From Candidatus Omnitrophota bacterium (GTDB lineage: Bacteria; Omnitrophota; Gorgyraeia; Zapsychrales; Fredricksoniimonadaceae): a stretch of 46,911 nucleotides of DNA. Position 1 is the stretch's first letter. Each line of letters starts with the position of its first letter. The stretch lies in the NCBI GenBank assembly GCA_002753745.1, contig PEAR01000003.1, positions 1-46,911 on the forward strand, given 5' to 3'. Under the pieces are notes generated by a model. That model was not told the origin of the DNA, searched no databases, and worked only from the letters and a program-made list of their open reading frames with translations. The position numbers and the translations under genes are program-made. Shown one piece after another: positions 41,141 to 46,911 of this stretch.

Positions 41141-41793
41141 CAGAACACTTCCCTTGGCTTTACCTGTTTCTCCGGATCAGGGCCCTGCTCAAACTCTTCG
41201 TTAATATGATTTAAAACTATAGCCATGATGAATACCGCGACAAAGATATCCAGTAGAATGCCCATTTCAATTAACGTCGGCATAGAATCAAATAAGGACA
41301 AAGCAAAAAGAAAAATGCCATTCTCAATAATAAGATAACCAAGTACCTGCGTAACAGCGCGCGTACGCGTCACCATAATCATAAAACCTAAAAGGAGTAC
41401 CGCTAGTGAGCACGGTAGGCCTAAATCGGCAGCAGCCTTCCCCGGTATTCTTAATGACATGGAAACCCAAAACGCACCCGCCACAAGCAAAGCGCCGCAT
41501 ACAATCGACGATCCCAGACCAATGATAGGTTTAATCTCGGAGCGCATAGAAATACGACGGATCGCCCAAAACAAAATAAACGGAACAACCCCGGCCTTTA
41601 ACACCATCGTTCCCAGTGACAAAACAATATCCCGGCTTGAAACATTTCCAGCATGAAGAAAAAGCGGCATGAGGCTTAAGACAAATGACTGCAGGGCATA
41701 AATTTGGATCATTCCAACAATGCGATAGGTTGCAAGAATCGAAAGCGAGAAAAAAACGATTAAAATACAACTGGCATCAATCCAGGTCGTCAT
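41140..41793 (-). CDS. HyfE-like membrane subunit
   Basis: YALQS, LKAGVVP, QVLGYLIIENGI, EMGILLD. Confidence 0.88.
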   Translation of the reverse strand: MTTWIDASCILIVFFSLSILATYRIVGMIQIYALQSFVLSLMPLFLHAGNVSSRDIVLSLGTMVLKAGVVPFILFWAIRRISMRSEIKPIIGLGSSIVCGALLVAGAFWVSMSLRIPGKAAADLGLPCSLAVLLLGFMIMVTRTRAVTQVLGYLIIENGIFLFALSLFDSMPTLIEMGILLDIFVAVFIMAIVLNHINEEFEQGPDPEKQVKPREVF

Positions 41794-41796
41794 CTC

Positions 41797-42714
41797 TTAC
41801 GCCCTCCACCACGTTACGATCAGTCCAAAAAAAGCCAAGGCAAAACTTATCAATAAAAGATGCCTGACCCGGTCAAGGCGAAGACGTGCCATCGAAGTCT
41901 CCACACATCCAACCAGCACCGCAAGTCCCGTCATTCCTCCTAGGTAAATAGCCAAATTAATGAACGGATCAAGGCTTTTGACTGGAATAATGATCGGGAC
42001 TAGAATCGATGAAAAAATCAAAAACTTGATCGCTGAGGCGTACATCATAAATGCAAGATCTACGCCGCTATGTTCAAGGAGCATCACCTCATGAATCATG
42101 GTAAGTTCCAAATGTGTATCAGGATCATCGATCGGAATCCGACAATTTTCAGCCAACAACACAATGAAAAGGCTCGCCACGATCAACAGCATTGACGGAC
42201 CCACAAGATTCCAGGAAACCGGGTAATTCGCACCAATCATCTCAGACAATGAAATGCTATGTGCCAGAAGCCCCAGGGCCAAAAGATTCATAAACAGCGT
42301 AACTTCAGTCAGGCATGAAAAGAATGCTTCCCTGCTCGCGCCCATCCCCTCCATGCTAAACCCTGTGTCCAATGAGCCTGCAATCATAAAAAAACGGACC
42401 AGGGCAAAAAGATAAACCAAAACCAGAATATCCCCGGCAAACTGCACAGGCGCTTTAAAAATTCCGATCGGAATCATTAAAGAAACCATCAGCACCGCTG
42501 CTAAAACGATCATGGGTGCTAACCTGAACACCCATGTAACGCCAGAACTGTAAACACTTCTTTTTTGCGAAAGCCGGGCCAGATCATAATAAGACTGAAA
42601 TAAAGATGGGCCAATTTTTCCGGCTATAACAGCTTTAACTTTAGTGATCACACCGATAAAGAAAGGCGCAAACAATAACGTTAACAACCAGTGGATCAAA
42701 ATCGTGGTAATCAT
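41797..42714 (-). CDS. HyfC/HycD (NuoH-like) membrane subunit
   Basis: GPSLFQSYYDL, GMGASRE, AENCRIPIDDPDTHLELTMIHE. Start moved to ATG 42714 (ATGA overlap, RBS GGAAG). Confidence 0.9.
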   Translation of the reverse strand: MITTILIHWLLTLLFAPFFIGVITKVKAVIAGKIGPSLFQSYYDLARLSQKRSVYSSGVTWVFRLAPMIVLAAVLMVSLMIPIGIFKAPVQFAGDILVLVYLFALVRFFMIAGSLDTGFSMEGMGASREAFFSCLTEVTLFMNLLALGLLAHSISLSEMIGANYPVSWNLVGPSMLLIVASLFIVLLAENCRIPIDDPDTHLELTMIHEVMLLEHSGVDLAFMMYASAIKFLIFSSILVPIIIPVKSLDPFINLAIYLGGMTGLAVLVGCVETSMARLRLDRVRHLLLISFALAFFGLIVTWWRA

Positions 42715-44522
42715 GTCAACTTCCAGGCTAATAAAAATATCAGAAACAGAAAAATATACATTAAATACATTTGGGTATACCGGACTCTTCCGGCATCGAT
42801 GTTTTTTGACCACACAAACATAGCCTTGACCAAAGGCCGGAAAATGTTTTCATCCGAGGCATCATGAACAGAAGTCCCCAAACTAATTTTGTTTGGGAAT
42901 GCACCTTTGATTTCTTCACCATGAGAACGAACCAACAGCAGGTTTTTGACAAACTCAACAATTGTGCACGCAAAAGATGATGACGTATACTGCATTTTCG
43001 GCGAACATCGGGTGAATCCACAACGCCAGGCCTCACGGACAGGCATATCCTTACGACCGACCATAAAACGACGAAGAAGAACTAGCCCAAGGATTAAAGA
43101 AAGAAACAGAAAAGACATTCCTATCACCATCGATAAAGGCACCATGACTATGTTTAAATCAACTGCAAAATAACTAATACGCGACATATATGTTCCAGCG
43201 AGAAACGTAAGAATGACCATGGTTTGCGGAACAAGCCCGATCCATATGCATAGACCTGCAAGTACCAGCATCGGAATAATCATCAACATCCCCGGATCTT
43301 CACCTTTTAAGTCAAAACGGGGCTCGCCGGAAAAAACAATACCGTAGACCTTGGTAAAACATGCCAGAGCCAACGCGCCCATTAAGGCTAGTGCTATGAT
43401 GCCTAATGAACAAAAAACTGCTCCCTGCAAAGGCAACATAAACAACCCCTGGAAAAGTCCAAAATAAATAAGAAACTCGCTGATAAACCCGTTAAATAAC
43501 GGCAAGCCGCATATTGATAATGACCCGACCATAAATAACGAGCTGGTGAGAGGCATTGTTTTGGCCAATCCACCCAAACGATCGATCTGACCGGTATGGG
43601 TTTGTTGTATGACCGAACCAGCACCCAGAAAAAGAAGTCCTTTAAAAATGGCATGATTTACAACATGTAACAAAGCGCCGCCGAACCCGAGAACAGTAAT
43701 CAATGAATTATGATAATTCCTCCCCAATAAGCCAACGCCGAGCCCAAGGGCAATGATCCCGATATTTTCAACGCTGTGATACGCCAGAAGCTTCTTTAGT
43801 TCATGCTGACCAAGCGCGTAAAGGACGCCCATTACCCCTGAAACAACCCCGATCCCCAGAAGTAAATAGGCACACCAGTCGGGCAGCACGCCCAAGATCC
43901 ACAAAATACGACAGATCCCATAAATCCCCATCTTAATGGCGATCCCTGATAACAACGCTGAAATATGAGACGGAGCTGCCGGATGAGCGTGTGGCAACCA
44001 AATGTGTAAAGGTAGAAATCCCGCCTTGACCCCAAATCCTGCGAGGGATAAAAGAAAAACAGTAACAGCGATCATTGGAGGAAAAGAGGTCTTCGCAATA
44101 AGATCAAAATTCATCGAGCCAGCCGTATGGGCCATCAGAAAGAACATCAAAAATAAACAAAAGGTTGCGCAATGAGAAGCGACCAGATAAATAAACCCCG
44201 CTTTGCGAACTGATTCCTGCTCATCGTTAAATATAATTAAAAAGAATGTAGAGATTGTCATCACTTCCCAGGCGCTCAAGAAAAGGATCACGTTATTGGC
44301 AGAAACAATGACTAGAAGGGTTAAAACAAAAATACAATAAAATGAAACGTGACTGACCAAAGACTTTTTGCCTTGGTAGAATCGCATATATCCAATGCCA
44401 TACACGCCGGCACATATAACCAGAACCGCAATCGCGATCAAAAAAATAATATTAAGCGGATCAATGCAAAGAGTAAAGATGCCGAAAGGAACCTGCCATG
44501 GCAGTTGAAGAACGCTGCTCAT
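42711..44522 (-). CDS. HyfB-like antiporter-like membrane subunit
   Basis: AWEVMT, KAGFLPLHIWLPHAHPAAPSH, KKLLAYHSVENIG, NHAIFKGLLF, PLFNGFISE, WRCGF. Confidence 0.92.
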   Translation of the reverse strand: MSSVLQLPWQVPFGIFTLCIDPLNIIFLIAIAVLVICAGVYGIGYMRFYQGKKSLVSHVSFYCIFVLTLLVIVSANNVILFLSAWEVMTISTFFLIIFNDEQESVRKAGFIYLVASHCATFCLFLMFFLMAHTAGSMNFDLIAKTSFPPMIAVTVFLLSLAGFGVKAGFLPLHIWLPHAHPAAPSHISALLSGIAIKMGIYGICRILWILGVLPDWCAYLLLGIGVVSGVMGVLYALGQHELKKLLAYHSVENIGIIALGLGVGLLGRNYHNSLITVLGFGGALLHVVNHAIFKGLLFLGAGSVIQQTHTGQIDRLGGLAKTMPLTSSLFMVGSLSICGLPLFNGFISEFLIYFGLFQGLFMLPLQGAVFCSLGIIALALMGALALACFTKVYGIVFSGEPRFDLKGEDPGMLMIIPMLVLAGLCIWIGLVPQTMVILTFLAGTYMSRISYFAVDLNIVMVPLSMVIGMSFLFLSLILGLVLLRRFMVGRKDMPVREAWRCGFTRCSPKMQYTSSSFACTIVEFVKNLLLVRSHGEEIKGAFPNKISLGTSVHDASDENIFRPLVKAMFVWSKNIDAGRVRYTQMYLMYIFLFLIFLLAWKLT

Positions 44523-45206
44523 CTATCCAGCCCTCGCTGTTTTTGATTCAGCTACCTGAAACGCTGTAAGGATCTCCTGCGCATTAGTTCGCCGGTTTAA
44601 GGCGGATCGGACATTTTCATCCTGAAGACAAAAAGCCAATCGAGATAATAATGAAAGATGCCCTTTAAAAGAACCCGTAAGAATAACAAACAATGTATGT
44701 ACATGCTCGCCATCGAATGCCTCAAAGTCGATCCGGTTCTCGAGAAAAAACAGTCCCACCACCGGCTCCATTCCCGCAAGTATTACCGGATGTTTAACGT
44801 GAGGAATAGCAATGCCATTGCCGATTCCGGTGGTGCCGGTCTGTTCACGGGATAACAGCATTTCTTTTAATGGATCTCGCTGAATATGTCCAGGTAGCGG
44901 AAGAGCGTTTAATACTTTCTCAAGGATATCTTCGCGTTGAGTGCCCTGAATATTAAAATAAATACCGCCACGCGTTAAGGCCGGTGTCATGACATCCTGA
45001 TCGGAACGGGTCTTTTCACATAGCTTTAAAGCGCCAGGCGTTAGCGAAACCTGATTCTTGAGCGCCCACTCAAGCACTTCGACTGAATTAAAATAATACT
45101 GGTCATTTGCTTTAACCGCCGGCATCCCGCGGGCATTGAGCCACTGATAAAGTGTTTTCTCGTTGATCTCGAATGCTGTCTCAATATCACGGAACGTCAG
45201 CTGCAT
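44523..45206 (-). CDS. Excisionase-like HTH fused to a PTS EIIA (Ntr/Fru-type) domain; putative regulator
   Basis: N-terminal EKTLYQWLNARGMPAVK..QYYF HTH; REQTGTTGIGNGIAIPH with the phosphorylatable His; HLSLLSRL. Confidence 0.88.
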   Translation of the reverse strand: MQLTFRDIETAFEINEKTLYQWLNARGMPAVKANDQYYFNSVEVLEWALKNQVSLTPGALKLCEKTRSDQDVMTPALTRGGIYFNIQGTQREDILEKVLNALPLPGHIQRDPLKEMLLSREQTGTTGIGNGIAIPHVKHPVILAGMEPVVGLFFLENRIDFEAFDGEHVHTLFVILTGSFKGHLSLLSRLAFCLQDENVRSALNRRTNAQEILTAFQVAESKTARAG

Positions 45207-45254
45207 GCCATCTCGCTTTTCAATAAAAAGTATAAAAGGAGAAACCTGCCATCT

Positions 45255-46904
45255 TTATGCCAGCAGATCCTCAGCACGTTTTATCGCATCTTTCATGCTG
45301 GAGAAAACATTCTCTTCCCCAATTAATTCGTATAGATTAGATTTTACCATTTCATTAAGTGGTTGTACATGAAGCCCGGTTATAATCAGCTTGATCCCGG
45401 AACGCTGGCATTTGCCATAAAAACTTTTTAAAGCGTGCATGCCCGTTGAATCGATCAGTGGCACATCACGAAAACGAAGTATACGTGCTTTGACGGTAGT
45501 GCCGTTAACTTCCCGATCAACTTCATCAAAGCGATTAGCTGCCCCAAAAAACAATGGGCCATTGATCTCGTAGATTTCAACTCCCTTGGGAATTGAAAAG
45601 GCCGATAACGGCCAATCATCAGTACTTTCGTCCTCTTGAAATTGTTTGGCAATGACCTTGATATGCGTCGCATCCGACATCCGTTTCATGAAAATAAAAG
45701 CTGAAAGAACGACACCAACCTCGATCGCCGCGTTAAGATCAACAAAGACCGTCAGCAAGAAAGTAGTTAAAAGGACCATCCTTCCGCCGTTAGACCAATG
45801 GAGCAATTCAAGAAATGAGCGCCATTCACTCATATGATAAGCGACAACAACAAGGATACCGGCCAGGCACGCCAGCGGTACAAATTTAATCAGAGGGCCC
45901 AAAAAAAGCATGATCAGCAACACGGTCACCGCATGGACCATGCCAGCAACAGGCGTGCGCCCGCCATTCTTGACATTGGTGACTGTCCGCGCGATCGCGC
46001 CTGTCGCCGGGATTCCGCCAAAAAGCGCCGATGCGATATTGGCGATTCCCTGCCCGATCAATTCCGTATTAGAGCGATGTTTAGCGCCGATCATACCGTC
46101 GGCAACGATCGCCGATAACAATGATTCAATTGCACCTAACAAGGCGATCGTGATCGCCGGTTGAAAAAGCTCACGGATCCTCGCCATTGTTATCCCGGGG
46201 AAATGCGGGACCGGAAGAGTATGAGGCAAATTGCCGAAACGGCTTCCAATTGTTTCAACAGGTAAAGAAAAGAAAGCCGTCAACGTTGAAACGGCGATCA
46301 GTGCCACCAACGCTCCCGGAACACGCTTGAGTATTTTAGGCGAAATGATAATAATCAGGACCGTCAGCAACCCCAGCGCCAAAGCGTCATAGTTTAGACT
46401 GGCAATATTCTCTATAAAGATTCGCCACTTCCCAACAAATTCCGCTGGGACCTTGTCGATATGCAGCCCAAGAAAATCCTTTACCTGAGATGAAAAAATT
46501 ATCGTGGCAATCCCGCTGGTAAAACCGACAATAACCGAATGGGGAATAAATTTAACCGCTGTGCCAAGCTTGGCAACACCCATAATGATCAGGAGAATAC
46601 CCGCCATCAATGTTGCGATGATCAATCCGTCGATACCGTATTTCTGGACAATACCATAAACAATGACCACGAACGCGCCTGTTGGCCCACCGATCTGCAC
46701 TCGGCTGCCACCAAGAGCAGAAATAATAAAACCTGCAACAATGGCTGTAAATAAGCCCTTATCGGGAGAAACCCCTGAAGCTATAGCAAACGCAATAGCC
46801 AGCGGGATCGCGACAACGCCGACAATAATGCCCGCGATACAGTCAGCAATAAATTTGTCTTTGGAGTAGTCTTTAAGGCAAGTAAGCAACTTTGGGGAAA
46901 ACAT
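45255..46904 (-). CDS. SulP/SLC26 anion permease with STAS domain
   Basis: AIPLAIAFAIASG, QIGGPTGA, AIESLLSA, PATGAIART, NGPLFFG, IDSTG. Confidence 0.95.
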   Translation of the reverse strand: MFSPKLLTCLKDYSKDKFIADCIAGIIVGVVAIPLAIAFAIASGVSPDKGLFTAIVAGFIISALGGSRVQIGGPTGAFVVIVYGIVQKYGIDGLIIATLMAGILLIIMGVAKLGTAVKFIPHSVIVGFTSGIATIIFSSQVKDFLGLHIDKVPAEFVGKWRIFIENIASLNYDALALGLLTVLIIIISPKILKRVPGALVALIAVSTLTAFFSLPVETIGSRFGNLPHTLPVPHFPGITMARIRELFQPAITIALLGAIESLLSAIVADGMIGAKHRSNTELIGQGIANIASALFGGIPATGAIARTVTNVKNGGRTPVAGMVHAVTVLLIMLFLGPLIKFVPLACLAGILVVVAYHMSEWRSFLELLHWSNGGRMVLLTTFLLTVFVDLNAAIEVGVVLSAFIFMKRMSDATHIKVIAKQFQEDESTDDWPLSAFSIPKGVEIYEINGPLFFGAANRFDEVDREVNGTTVKARILRFRDVPLIDSTGMHALKSFYGKCQRSGIKLIITGLHVQPLNEMVKSNLYELIGEENVFSSMKDAIKRAEDLLA

Positions 46905-46911
46905 AAAACCA

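Noticed and set aside
44523-44525. Genome-wide TAG recoding or pyrrolysine
   Set aside because: TAG ends other genes at their expected C-termini (38217, 35012), and no pyl genes are seen.
45205-45254. 8-bp direct repeat (AGATGGCA on the minus strand) flanking the SulP/EIIA intergenic gap
   Set aside because: Too short to distinguish from chance, and there is no element between the copies.

Overview
A 46.9 kb, gene-dense bacterial chromosomal segment made of housekeeping and energy-metabolism genes. I see no mobile elements, CRISPR arrays, rRNA or tRNA. In order it holds: a partial PilZ gene and a WrbA-like flavoprotein; a three-gene split transhydrogenase (pntAA/pntAB/pntB); gltA-pepA-fumC-PilZ; a tightly packed bioB-trxB-menG-menF-menD-surE-REC/HD-GYP run; an uncharacterised ~600-aa FMN TIM-barrel-like, Cys-rich protein paired with a KimA-like APC transporter; an HTH-REC regulator, RsmF-like methyltransferase, APH-like kinase, ttcA and thiC; an F0F1 ATP synthase operon (atpBEFHAGDC, no atpI); amtB-glnK; an NSS transporter with an unannotated 33-aa partner; and a long minus-strand run SulP / HTH-EIIA / six-gene hydrogenase-4-like (Ehr-type) complex lacking NiFe ligands / GHL10 / MATE. 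The best non-obvious signal is a well-formed ANTAR-type dual-hexaloop antitermination RNA element overlapping an intrinsic terminator in the amtB-glnK leader. Other highlights are the NiFe-less Ehr complex with an apparently degenerate ferredoxin domain, the FabK/FabX/NMO-like hypothetical protein, and unusual residues in AtpB, AtpC and P-II. Gene content suggests a PVC-type lineage such as Omnitrophota, but that is only an inference. All product calls come from motif recognition by eye, without database searches.
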